The notes beneath the pieces were generated by a model. That model saw nothing but the letters and a program-made list of their open reading frames with translations, ran no database searches and was not told where the DNA came from. The translations under genes were made by a program, and so were the position numbers. From NCBI RefSeq assembly GCF_001194135.2, contig NC_068989.1:1972458-2036457 (forward strand): DNA of 64,000 bases. The letters run 5' to 3'. This stretch comes from Octopus bimaculoides. Its lineage: Eukaryota. Positions 37,201 to 47,258 of this stretch are shown here, piece after piece. Position 1 is the stretch's first letter; each line of letters begins with the position of its first letter.

Positions 37201-40200
37201 GATTTCGCGATCGCAAAAAATATGTAAAATATACGATTTCCAACCATTATGTGATTTTGTATTGCAAGGAAGGTAACTCTTCCTATTTCCCTTAACTTAC
37301 ACTCTACTGTTTTAAAACGGAAAGAGACATAGGATAATGAAGAGGGGTGTGGATCAGGTGGGAGGGGTGCAGGTCTGAATTGGTGTACTTGATAGAGGTG
37401 GGCTGGGTCCACATAGGAAATATTTGGTAAAAGAGTTAAACAAAAGTGTTTAAAACTTACGTTGAATTTGTTTGAAATGGTAACATAAATCTGCCCAACT
37501 CAAGATTTAAACGATAAACCTGGGAACTGGAGAAGCAAGAAAGAAATTTATAAAAATTTAGATTATTTCGACAACAGAAAAAGTAAAAAGGGAAAACACG
37601 AATAGAAACAAATGTTAAATGGTGAAGTAAAATAAAAAAATTTATTACTAATCAGAAATTGCACAGGTTTTTGCCAACATAACATGGCAGTCCTGGTTTA
37701 GGATGAATGTTGCTGTAATTTAGCCCCAGGAGACATAACCAGCTGGAGACGATGTCTCCTGGGGCTAAATTACAGCAACATTCGTCCTAAACCAGGACTG
37801 CCATGTTATGTTGGCAAAACAATCTTTACTCTAAAGTACTGTTACTGAATATCTCTCGTTGTGAGATTTAAAAATAGAAATTTGTACAGCTGATAAAAAA
37901 ATTTAATTGAAATATTTTAATTTTTGTTAACTGAATTTTGATTTGTATTTCTTTTAATTTCAGCTTCTGGAAATGACTTATGCCACACAAGTATTCTGTT
38001 GAAAGATTAGATACTATTTATAGATTAAGAGCTCTTTGGTACTATAAATGGAGTTCACTCTGTCGCAAACATTTGGACTGCATCTTGGAGGCCCAATTGC
38101 TGTTCTTCACTTAGGAAAGGAGATATATTGTAAAATGCAAAATGCAATGATTCTTCTGATGGCGTGCACTGTGGCAATCAAGTGTGTTGGGGGAAGGGGA
38201 GCTAAATACAGTGGCCATATCACATTCTACAATCCAAAATGTAGTAAAAGCATTTTTTCCATTGTGAATTTGTTGTTATTTCCCTGAAAAGATGATTGAT
38301 GGCGGAATATTTTTTTTCTAAATACCATTATCTGATGCTAAAATGTTGGAAAATTGTTCCTTAATATACAAACCTGGCCCCAACAATAAACAAATCACAG
38401 AGAGACGTGTGGTAAGACATATCAAAACCATATTTTGGAACACGGGTACAGTAGTAGGTGCCAGCTTGGTTATGGAACTCCACATATCGGTTGACTTCAA
38501 GGAACACCAACTGGAAGAGAGGAGAGAATGTAATGAGATATTTATTCTATCTATATATACATAGATAGATAGATAGCTATGTATCTTAACTCAACTTACA
38601 TACACATACAAATATATAAAAGTTATTTTGAAAAACAAAATGACATGAACCTTTTGTATTGTGTGTAAACGCTTTCACAGGTCATCATCATCATCCATAT
38701 AAAGGAAGTTGGTGACTATTTGTGATTTAGTTTCAGATTTAGAATTCTTACAAAATATTCATCTTTCATTTTATAAAAAGGAAATTAAAAAAATTTTTCA
38801 TTTGTATAAATGTCTAGATGTTCACAACATAGAACATTTCTAAGAGAGGAATCATTAATTTGCTGTTTGTGCACTCTCACATGGCTGGTTCATTTGGATC
38901 CTGTTTCTCCAATGTAATTTTCACTCATTGTAGGCATGTGATGCAGTAGATGAGATTTTTTGCTTTGCAATTCATGTTTGCATTTACCTTTAATTCCTTC
39001 TCATTCTTGAATCTTTTGGTTGTTCCTGGCTCAATTATTTCAGACATCAAAGACTGCAAACAAACAGGAAACAACTTCTATCTCATTCCAGGGTGAAAAA
39101 CTAGAGGTAGTCGATAGCTTCCGCTATCTGGGCGACCAAGTTAGTAGTGGGGGTGGGTGCGCTGAAAGTGTAGCTGCTAGAATAAGAATAGCCTGGGCAA
39201 AGTTTAGAGAGCTCTTACCCCTGCTGGCGACAAAGGGACTCTCACTCAGAGTAAAAGGCAGACTGTATGACGCATGCGTACGAACAACCATGCTACATGG
39301 CAGTGAAACATGGGCTGTAACTGCTGAGGACATACGTAAGCTCGCAAGGAATGAAGCCAGTATGCTCCGTTGGATGTGTAATNNNNNNNNNNNNNNNNNN
39401 NNNNNNNNNNNNNNNNNNNNNNNNNNNNNNNNNNNNNNNNNNNNNNNNNNNNNNNNNNNNNNNNNNNNNNNNNNNNNNNNNNNNNNNNNNNNNNNNNNNN
39501 NNNNNNNNNNNNNNNNNNNNNNNNNNNNNNNNNNNNNNNNNNNNNNNNNNNNNNNNNNNNNNNNNNNNNNNNNNNNNNNNNNNNNNNNNNNNNNNNNNNN
39601 NNNNNNNNNNNNNNNNNNNNNNNNNNNNNNNNNNNNNNNNNNNNNNNNNNNNNNNNNNNNNNNNNNNNNNNNNNNNNNNNNNNNNNNNNNNNNNNNNNNN
39701 NNNNNNNNNNNNNNNNNNNNNNNNNNNNNNNNNNNNNNNNNNNNNNNNNNNNNNNNNNNNNNNNNNNNNNNNNNNNNNNNNNNNNNNNNNNNNNNNNNNN
39801 NNNNNNNNNNNNNNNNNNNNNNNNNNNNNNNNNNNNNNNNNNNNNNNNNNNNNNNNNNNNNNNNNNNNNNNNNNNNNNNNNNNNNNNNNNNNNNNNNNNN
39901 NNNNNNNNNNNNNNNNNNNNNNNNNNNNNNNNNNNNNNNNNNNNNNNNNNNNNNNNNNNNNNNNNNNNNNNNNNNNNNNNNNNNNNNNNNNNNNNNNNNN
40001 NNNNNNNNNNNNNNNNNNNNNNNNNNNNNNNNNNNNNNNNNNNNNNNNNNNNNNNNNNNNNGTGCGGGTGGCACATAAAAGACACCATTTCGAGCGTGGC
40101 CGTTTTCGTGCGGGTGACACGTAAAAGCACCCACTACACTCTCTGAGTGGTTGGCGTTAGGAAGGGCATCCAGCTGTAGAAACTCTGCCAAATCAGACTG

Positions 40201-43200
40201 GAGCCTGGTGTTGCCATCCGGTTTCACCAGTCCTCAGTCAAATCGTCCAACCCATGCTAGCATGGAAAGCGGACGTTAAACGATGATGATGATGATGATG
40301 ATCCCATAAGTGTTTCCATGATTCGTTACCTGCATTATTTCTTTCTCTAATGTGAACACTGTCTTTGTTAGAAGTCTTTTGAGATTTGGTGGCAGTTTTT
40401 ATCATCATCATCATCGTTCAACGTCCACTTTCCATGCTGGCATGGGTTGGACGGTTTGACTGAGGACTGGCAAGCCTGAAGGTTGTACCAGGCTCCAATC
40501 TGATCTGGCAATGTTTCTACAGCTGGATGCCCTTCCTAATGTCAACCACTCTGAGAGCGTAATGGGTGCGAGAGTGTAGCGTATATATCAAATATATATA
40601 TATATAAAAAAAAAAAATTTTTTTAATTCAAACCATTTTGGGGTGTATTACCTTAGAATAATCTTCAGAAAGTACTTTTGTTTTTATGACTTCTCTGTCC
40701 AAGCCTCGTTCAAATTTCATTGAGAGATTTGTAAGGTCATAGCAGTGGACACGGGGCTTATAAGAACCTGCAACACAAACAAAGTTAGTGAAATAAAAAG
40801 ACAAATGTAAATATTTTCAAGAACTAGAATGGTGGGGGCTTAACTAAGTTGAGAGAAACAGTGACTATGTTGAGAAGTAGGGATGTGATCCACAGAGGAC
40901 CAGCTTCATTTTGATGTATGATACATGTTCCTGTGTTGGTAATTATACCTGTCCTAAACAAAATGGCATTATTTTTTGACTCACCCTCGTATGATCTCAT
41001 TAATTTACTTGTTTCCACAGAAAGAGTAAATATTTTTATTTACCCATAAAATGGCTCCAGTATATTACTGGTATTGTTCTTAAAAAAAAAAGGCAATTTA
41101 AAAGAGATTAAAGCCGAAAGTTGAACCTGGCAAAATTTGAATTTGAAGTTTAGGGGAATGAGACAACCTAATGTAAAATATATTTTGACATTCTTCTAAC
41201 ATGTGTGGACTGAGATGTCTTTCATCTTTCACTTGTTTCAGTGATTAGACTGTGGCCATGTTCTACCAGCCTCTTTTACCAAACCACTAACTTACAGGGA
41301 TGTAAGTGGTAGTTGTGGGACCAATACAGACACAAGGGCACACACACATATACATATATATATGATGGGCTTTTTTCAGTTTTCCTCTACCAAATCCACT
41401 CATAAGGAACCTGAGGCTATAGTAGAAGACATTTACCCAGGGTGCCATGCAGTAAGACTGAACTTGGAACCATGCAGTTGGAAGCAAACTACTTCTCACA
41501 CAACGATGCCTGTATCTCAAGGATGAATTGACCAAAATGTAAAAAGTGAAAAACTGACTGACTTCAAATGAATTGAAAATGGATCTGGAGGTTAAAGGTG
41601 TCAAGTCATGTTCTTGTTGTATACATTCATCATCATCATCCTTTAACGTCTGTTTTCCATGCTGGCATGGGTTGGACGGCTTGACCAGAGCTGGAGAGCT
41701 GCACCAGGTTCCAGTCTGATTTGGCTTGGTTTCTACAGCTGGATGCCCTTCTTAACACTTTACAGTGAGTGTTGGGTGCTTTTAATGTGCTGAAAATTAA
41801 TTATTAATGATGGGAGCAGTGTTAGTGCCAAAAGGTAATCTTTATATATATCCAACTTAACACAGATGGGCAAGTATCTTTACTATAGCTTCATGTCAAC
41901 ACAAGCCTTGTGAGTGATACTAAAAAGACAGAGAATATATGGAAACATAGGTCACCCAAACTCCTTCTTTGTCCTCTCAGCCATATACTCACATCTTAAA
42001 GTCTGTAAGCAAAGAATCTGTTGTTTACTAACCTGTGACATAAATATTGTTGCCATCTGGTGTAACACTGATAGTTGAGCTCAGAGATGGCATTTCCAAA
42101 TCCTGGATTAACTCAATTCGTTGACGTATATCTAATAAGACAAAGAAAGAATTAAGGCATATAATTATCAAATAGAAAATTACTTTGAGAGATAAGGGCC
42201 AAGCAAATGAGATTTCTTAGTTACGTGATGAGGAAAGAGGGCCCAGGGAGAAATTAGTGACGACTGGAAAGGCTGAAGGGAAAAGAAACAGAAGAAGGAG
42301 AAGCTTGACTGGTTGGAAGAAAGAGGCTGTGACAGAAAACAAAGAATAGAGATTTGTGCCAGGATATGGTCACCCATGACTCACTTTCAGGACATGGCGC
42401 CTAAAGAAGAATTATCAAAGGAAAGTGATTAATATCTTCATTCACTCTGTAAAGAGTTTTATCAGAGCATTTGTTATTCACTGAGCATGACTGATGCCAG
42501 TGCCGCCTGAGGCACGTAAAAAGCACCCACTACACTCTCGTAGTGGTTGGTGTTAGGAAGGGCATCCAGCTGTAGAAACTTTGCCAGATCAGATTGGAGC
42601 CCGGTGCAGTCTCCTGGCTTGCCAGTCCTCAGTCAAACTGTCCAACCCATGCTAGCATGGAAAGCAGACGTTAAACGATGATGTCTCTAACTTGGTAAAT
42701 GTTTCATGTTTCTGTTTAGCTTCAGATCAGTTCTGATCAAACAGACTGTAACCAAAAGAGTCCCAGTCACGACCATCCAGTCTATTTCTTTGAGGGGTAT
42801 ACAACACATATATTCTCCAATGTGTTGTTGCCTAGTATGGCATGATTTGAGAGAGGCTTGGATACTATTTCTAACAGGTCACAAAACATTGCCTGAATAT
42901 AAAGTGGGTCAAGGATTCATTTTGATATCTTCAACTTCTAGTAGAGAGTTGTAGTAGTTGAAATGTCAATCATGGACAACAGTTGTGTGTGAAAAAGTGG
43001 TTGATTTAGGGGTTGTTTTGATACCCCACTTTTTTTTTAACGCTTTAGCATTTAAACTGGACGTATCTGTTTAATGCTGAAATGAATTCTTTGAAGTATA
43101 CAGTTACTGGTCCACAATGTTATTGGCAATAAACACTCATAACTTGTCTAACTGTAAATTTTGTGGATAGTAAATTCACTTTTTTCAGATTAAATGCTGT

Positions 43201-44682
43201 TGTCATGGTAACAACATCAGTCAGACTGCTGCTGCTTAGTCTAAGGTCAACCTTGATTAAACTGATCGATTACCAAAGGTGTTTGAATTGTGATCTCACA
43301 ACTATTTCTGCTGTCTGTTCCTAAGTCATAGTGTATCAAGGACTATATCATCCAATGTATTTCCCCTATTTATTATTTTTTTAAAATGGTGTATGTTCTT
43401 TTAGCAGGTTGACCAATCATATTGAAACTTTTACACTGATCCCTACTGATATTGTTCCTTAGCTCTGATCAAGCAAACTCCTATGATCCCTAAGGTGTTG
43501 AGTGAACGAAGAGCCAACTATGGGAACAGGTGGCACCAAATAAACAATCATGATGGAAATGTCTGAGAGGATAAAAATTCATACCAAGATCATTTTTCTG
43601 TAACTGTCGTTTCTTTCTGTCTGTGAGCCACTGGAAATGAAAATAAAAGAGAACTGAAAAGTTACCAAAAACATCAGCTAAGAACGAGATGTTGACATAT
43701 TTTCAGAATGTATCTTACATTTCACATTTATTAATAAAAAAAACCTTGTAAATAACAACGTTTGTTACTATTTAGCCCCAGGTCAGTGCTGGTGATCACA
43801 GAAAATATGAGCCTTCTATTCAAGTTTTGTTGATCTACTGTTGGATGAAAGCTTCAAAATACTGTTCATCGCTTATCCATGCTACTTGTAGTTCCTCATT
43901 CTCCACACTAGCCATTTACAGTTACATGCGATATACCTATATTCGTAGTGATTGGCCCTGCCATTTAGCACCTTAGCAGAATTTGAACTTAGAAAGCAAA
44001 GAGCCAGAGTTGATTCCACAAGACTTAACTTATCTAACAATTCCACCATTTCACTGCACTGGACTCCTACTTCATCGACTCCGAAGGGCTGAAAGAATAT
44101 ACATAGCACATACAAACACACGCGAGACATGATGATGGGAGGCAGTGTGTTAAGGTATTTGGGTTCTAATCTCATCGCCTACAATGTACTTAATAGAAAT
44201 TTCAAGTGATTACAGTTTGCCAATTAGTTTCAATAGCTGGTGGAGTTGCTTCTTTTTGTTGTTACTTCATTAATTATTCATCCTTCTAATCAGCAATTCC
44301 ACTCTAAATGAGAAATCCTGGAGTAAAAACGTACATTTGTTACAGAATCGGAGATTTTAGGAATAAATAACCAGTAATTATGTTTTCCCAATTTGATTAT
44401 ATAATATAGTTGTAATAATATAATCATATTTTAATTAAATGTATTTCTTTAAATTCGAATCTCTTTCTAAAAACCGATCGAAACCGAAGAACGAAATATC
44501 GTTTAACAAAGTTATTTTGAAACAACACCACGTGAATGAGACGAAAGTTTTACATAAATGATATCGAAGTAAACTCAAAGAAAAAATAAAAAAAACACTT
44601 AAGATTAATGATTTACCTCAGGAAGGGATTTCCCTGCACTCAAGTTGTATATTTTCACTTCATTGGCGTAAGAAAATTGCAT
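24749..44682 (-). CDS. NOL10: Nucleolar protein 10 (WD40/NUC153; SSU processome, yeast Enp2 orthologue), 19 coding exons, 708 aa
   Basis: complement(join(44617-44682,43585-43630,42033-42131,40652-40767,38374-38510,37461-37526,36173-36233,34826-34902,33703-33781,32577-32726,32132-32251,31016-31094,30233-30360,29053-29151,28265-28345,27878-28066,27016-27308,25752-25854,24749-24886)) = 2127 nt, all GT-AG, phases consistent. Motifs NEVKIYNLSAGKSLPEWL, RIELIQDLEMP, LLYDLRSNQPLLVKDHHYGLPIKS, WCSFLDSLTEELEE, VYDDYKFVT, LRAYMHGYFMD. Confidence 0.95.
25752..25854 (-). CDS. NOL10: NOL10 coding exon 18
   Basis: RSLFERL...LSGHMEFSFTLKK; ttttag / AAG|gtaagt. Confidence 0.9.
27016..27308 (-). CDS. NOL10: NOL10 coding exon 17
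   Basis: QEELEGKASEDESSTDDS...KPKFFELKEGDD...; ttacag / AA|gttagt. Confidence 0.9.
27630..27862. repeat. Degenerate purine-rich minisatellite in NOL10 intron 16
   Basis: Recurrent units AATAAGGAGGAGA[CT]AGGAGAAA...GAGTAAGAAAGAG. Confidence 0.6.
27878..28066 (-). CDS. NOL10: NOL10 coding exon 16 (NUC153 region)
   Basis: KSEKLPNLLKDKRFAAMFHNKNFRIDRTSKEFHLISPLI...VE; ccacag / GAG|gtatgc. Confidence 0.92.
28265..28345 (-). CDS. NOL10: NOL10 coding exon 15
   Basis: KLPPINKDLALKLMEDLEDEKQGADAK; gtgcag / AAG|gtcagt. Confidence 0.9.
28500..28815 (-). mobile_element. Old RTE LINE 3' fragment in NOL10 intron 14
   Basis: VKDVIAESQKHNFLWAGHVIRFTDNRWT...YPRDLKWPLGRPP with stops. Confidence 0.65.
29053..29151 (-). 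CDS. NOL10: NOL10 coding exon 14
   Basis: AKAIIEPFAYDKYKKEKIRETIEKSRTTHVKLE; acceptor ttgcaag (AAG) / GAG|gtttgt. Confidence 0.9.
29890..29960 (+). pseudogene. tRNA-like pseudogene or orphan SINE head in NOL10 intron 13 (antisense to NOL10)
   Basis: A box TGGTCCAGTGG, perfect T-arm GTGGG-TTCAAGT-CCCAC, 6 of 7 acceptor pairs, downstream T4/T5 runs; the anticodon arm is degenerate (no U33). Confidence 0.5.
30233..30360 (-). CDS. NOL10: NOL10 coding exon 13
   Basis: YDDYKFVTRNELEEIGLSHLIGSKMLRAYMHGYFMDTRLYHK; tttcag / AAG|gtaggg. Confidence 0.93.
31016..31094 (-). CDS. NOL10: NOL10 coding exon 12
   Basis: SIGTAPKWCSFLDSLTEELEESKIET; ctttcag / G|gtaagt. Confidence 0.93.
32132..32251 (-). CDS. 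NOL10: NOL10 coding exon 11
   Basis: GKAYTAIEP...YPNSGMVFLTNEAPKVLVYFLP; ttttcag / CCA|gtaagc. Confidence 0.93.
32577..32726 (-). CDS. NOL10: NOL10 coding exon 10
   Basis: VLLYDLRSNQPLLVKDHHYGLPIKSIYF...WNQLT; tttcag / ACA|gtaagt. Confidence 0.93.
32783..33060 (+). mobile_element. tRNA-headed SINE family D (others at about 7675-7958-, 11648-11930+, 31340-31580+, 54678-54993-)
   Basis: A-box-like GGCTTAATGGTTAGGG, B-box-like GAGTTCAATCCC, conserved CCTTGAGCAAGACACTT core shared by the listed copies. Confidence 0.6.
33093..33355 (+). mobile_element. Composite repeat family E: tRNA-like head, (AAC)-rich linker, and a Penelope-like terminal module with a hammerhead-like motif
   Basis: TGGAGTGGTTAAG (A box), GAGTTTGATTCC (B box), then GGCTG-GAGGGTATAT-CAGCC-GAAAC...AACAAGATGAGGACAAATATCCGTC; the module recurs at 12288-12446 (twice) and 19846-19908. 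Confidence 0.6.
33703..33781 (-). CDS. NOL10: NOL10 coding exon 9
   Basis: VDSKPAVTALKYQDALKFGIGTSSGH; ttttcag / CAT|gttagt. Confidence 0.9.
34826..34902 (-). CDS. NOL10: NOL10 coding exon 8
   Basis: GTIECWDPRSKTRVGLL...; tttcag / AA|gtaagc. Confidence 0.92.
35196..35330 (+). mobile_element. TTAACCCTTT-ended non-autonomous element (other copies about 28832-28967- and 43037-43075+)
   Basis: Shared terminus TTAACCCTTTAG[CT]ATTTAAAC and internal CTCACACCTACC...ACAATGT[AC]ATTCTAAAAAT. Confidence 0.5.
36173..36233 (-). CDS. NOL10: NOL10 coding exon 7
   Basis: TSNCCDMNMYHELFTCGTRE; ttcacag / GAA|gtaagt. Confidence 0.9.
37461..37526 (-). CDS. NOL10: NOL10 coding exon 6
   Basis: SQVYRLNLELGRFMLPFQTNS; ctccag / AC|gtaagt. 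Confidence 0.92.
37669..37819. repeat. Foldback inverted repeat: 68-bp arms, 1 mismatch, 15-nt spacer
   Basis: 37669-37736 is the reverse complement of 37752-37819 except GGATGAAT versus GGACGAAT. Confidence 0.93.
38374..38510 (-). CDS. NOL10: NOL10 coding exon 5
   Basis: LVFLEVNRYVEFHNQAGTYYCTRVPKYGFDMSYH...FIVGA; cttccag / AG|gtttgt. Confidence 0.92.
39050..40302 (+). mobile_element. 5'-truncated RTE-clade LINE (post-RT ORF end, gap, 3' UTR, (GAT)n tail) in NOL10 intron 4
   Basis: Uninterrupted LEVVDSFRYLGDQVSSGGGC...IAWAKFRELLPLL...LHGSETWAV...MLRWMC typical of RTE; N gap 39383-40061; then the family 3' end finishing GGACGTTAAAC(GAT)7. The link across the gap is inferred. Confidence 0.85.
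40401..40568 (-). mobile_element. RTE 3'-end copy
   Basis: (ATC)n GTTCAACGTCCACTTTCCATGCTGGCATGG...CAGCTGGATGCCCTTCC. Confidence 0.8.
40652..40767 (-). CDS. NOL10: NOL10 coding exon 4
   Basis: SYKPRVHCYDLTNLSMKFERGLDREV...EDYSK; ttgcag / AAG|gtaata. Confidence 0.92.
40830..40990 (-). mobile_element. Mariner-type terminal fragment
   Basis: Reverse complement starts TACGAGGGTGAGTCAAAAAATAATGCC, a mariner-like TIR after TA. Confidence 0.45.
41627..41785 (-). mobile_element. RTE 3'-end copy
   Basis: (CAT)n tail, CCATGCTGGCATGG, CAGCTGGATGCCCTTC. Confidence 0.75.
42033..42131 (-). CDS. NOL10: NOL10 coding exon 3
   Basis: IRQRIELIQDLEMPSLSSTISVTPDGNNIYVT; ttattag / G|gttagt. Confidence 0.92.
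42185..42415 (+). mobile_element. Old RTE-clade LINE 3' fragment in NOL10 intron 2
   Basis: KQMRFLSYVMRKEG...LVTTGKAEGKR, resembling RQLRFLGHVMRKEGLE.L..TGK.EGKR. Confidence 0.55.
42490..42683 (+). mobile_element. RTE 3'-end copy
   Basis: AGGAAGGGCATCCAGCTGTAG...CCATGCTAGCATGGAAAGCAGACGTTAAACGATGATG. Confidence 0.8.
43585..43630 (-). CDS. NOL10: NOL10 coding exon 2
   Basis: WLTDRKKRQLQKNDL; ttccag / G|gtatga. Confidence 0.92.
44617..44682 (-). CDS. NOL10: NOL10 coding exon 1
   Basis: MQFSYANEVKIYNLSAGKSLPE; donor GAG|gtaaat. Confidence 0.92.
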
Positions 44683-45186
44683 TTTGGAAATAAAAACTTG
44701 GCATTTAATAAAATAGTCCACATTGAGAAACCATGTTGCAATTTATACCGGTGTCAACCGAACTTTTTCTCTCATGGTAAAATATTCCACTCCCGCTTAT
44801 GCAGTATATGTCATTAATTTAATACAAATTACGTTTTACATTAATTTACTTTTTAGCTTCCTGTTTTTCTTTTTCTTCGTTAATTTATGGACGAACTTCA
44901 GTGGTTTCATTCTTCACAGCAGAGGACATTAGGAGAATGTTCAGGTTTAATACGTTTTATTGTCTTTACAGAAATGTTTTAGTCGCAGGTCAGTCCTGAA
45001 TGCGTTGACCTATGATGAAAAGCGTTCTATCTATGACTATTCCATATTTACAGGTATTTGATTGCACTATTTAATATGCTCTCCAGTTTTATTTTAAGAC
45101 AGAACCAAGTTACGATGTCAGATTGTCGGACTTTAACTTGTTAAAAGAGTTTTGTAAGAGTTACTCCCCCTGGACCATATTTTTCC

Positions 45187-45226
<40 letters not shown>

Positions 45227-45619
45227 CTTGAATGGCTTACAAACATCTACACTTCAATTGTTTTTGTTAATACCATTATGTAGAAGACAGAATCGTTAAA
45301 ATTTTGTGTACAAATTTTTGTTTTCCTCTTCATAGCATAGATAATTTTTTAGTCTGAAATGCCAGCTTCGGCCTCCAGTACGCGTTAGTCGACCCAAGGC
45401 TATGGTTGAAAACACTTACTGGCGAACAGAGAAGGGCGAGGAACAGGACAATTCGCACGATCCGATAGTTTTTCCCTATAGAAAATGGATATTCTTCCCA
45501 ACCACACGGTTTTGGGTACAGTTCCACTGCATGGCACCTTGGTCAAACACTGGAGTTCGAAGGACATGTTGTTGTACACCTATTACACTATTTTAAAATT
45601 TTATTTTGCTTGGGTTTCT

Positions 45620-45663
45620 GACTGTATGTATGCATGTATGTATATGGATGTGTGTGTGGATGG

Positions 45664-45710
<47 letters not shown>

Positions 45711-45940
45711 TACGTACGTATGCATGTATGTATGTATGTATGTATGTATGTCAGTATTCAGTTTTATTTCAAGATTTCTTGCCAACAGAAAAAGAGCCGG
45801 TTTCTAACCTAGATCCAAGGATCCTTCATTGGGATTTCAACATCAACAACAGGATATTTTTGTTTGTATGTATGTATGTATGTATGTATGTATGTATGCA
45901 TGTATGCATGTATGTATGTATGTATGTATGTATGCGTATA
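45620..45940. repeat. Compound (TG)n/(TATG)n microsatellites
   Basis: Directly visible. Confidence 0.85.
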
Positions 45941-46294
45941 TGTTAAGTGAATCCGGATTTTGTTTAAAACATCAGACTGCTTATTATTGCCGTAACTATG
46001 GAAACAAAAACCGAATGCATTAAATTTGTAAAATGTGTATATTTTTCATGAAAAACAAACATGTACTCTAGAAACATTTGAAATATATTATTCATAAAAT
46101 ATATAATTAAATATTTAAATGTTTTAAATATATCATAGATATATATTAATTCTCCAAGAAATAGCTTTCTGATAATCTCTTCCCGATTGCTTCAACTTAT
46201 CCAGATTTTCGTTCAAAAAATTGTTTTGTATTTGTGTGATTTTGTCTGTTTATATGTTTCGTTCGTTTGTTAATGTAGTTAATTGCTATGAGAT

Positions 46295-46365
46295 GTGTGT
46301 GGTGGTGGCAGTGGTGGTGGTGGTGGTGGTGGTGNNNNNNNNNNNNNNNNNNNNNNNNNNNNNNN

Positions 46366-46440
<75 letters not shown>
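46295..46440. repeat. (GGT)n, gap, (TG)n microsatellites
   Basis: Directly visible around the N gap 46335-46365. Confidence 0.85.
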
Positions 46441-46441
<1 letters not shown>

Positions 46442-46901
46442 TCAATGTATAAATGTATCTATTTCTGTATGTTTGTGTGTGCATTTTCTATTAGATGTAC
46501 GTGCTTTCGTATGTGTGTGTACTGTAGGTGCTTAAATCTTGTGTTTTTATGTCGTGGGACTGTCTTCACATATATATATGTGTCTCACTGCTACACGCGA
46601 GCGCCCTCTCCTGTTATTTCTCTCTGTTTTTCTCCTCGTCTAGCGTATCTTTTTCATTTTATACTCTTCAACCTCACACCATTTGCCCACTTTTCTCCCT
46701 ATTTTTCTCTTCATTTCTTGTCCTCTTCCTTCTGTTCTCCTTTCTAGTACAATTACCCTCTAGCAGAACACAATCATTTTAATCCCATCAAGTGAATGTG
46801 ACGGGTACTGGTATAGCAAGAGTATCCCAACCTTCAGGGCCAATGCCTCAATGAATTCACGCGGACCCTCGTAAATTGAGCTGGTTCAAACAATCCTCAT
46901 T

Positions 46902-46902
<1 letters not shown>

Positions 46903-46963
<61 letters not shown>

Positions 46964-46971
46964 AAGAGAGA

Positions 46972-47032
<61 letters not shown>

Positions 47033-47044
47033 TGAGAGAGAGAG
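46903..47044. repeat. (GA)n microsatellite
   Basis: Directly visible. Confidence 0.9.
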
Positions 47045-47059
47045 TTATTTTCTGGCAAA

Positions 47060-47258
47060 TGAGAGTTGTCAGAAACGTTAGCACGACGGGTGAAATGCTT
47101 AGCGGTATTTCGTCTGTTTTTATGTTCTGAGTTCAAATTCCCCCGAGGTCGACTTTGCCTTTCATCCTTTTGGGGTCGATAAATTAAGTACCAGTTGCGT
47201 ACTGTAGTCGATCTAATCGACTGGTCCCCTCCTCCAAAATTTCGGGCCTTGTGCCTAG
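47060..47258 (+). mobile_element. SINE family A copy
   Basis: Same head, B-box and core as 1621-1850. Confidence 0.75.

Noticed and set aside
39020-40227. Long ORFs in the track (also 49057-49744, 56006-56854, 59785-60186)
   Set aside because: Created by N gaps and dinucleotide repeats; only the RTE piece 39050-39382 is real coding-derived sequence
43882-44175. 97-aa ORF in NOL10 intron 1
   Set aside because: Not needed for the NOL10 frame, no recognisable homology, and it includes SINE-like core sequence
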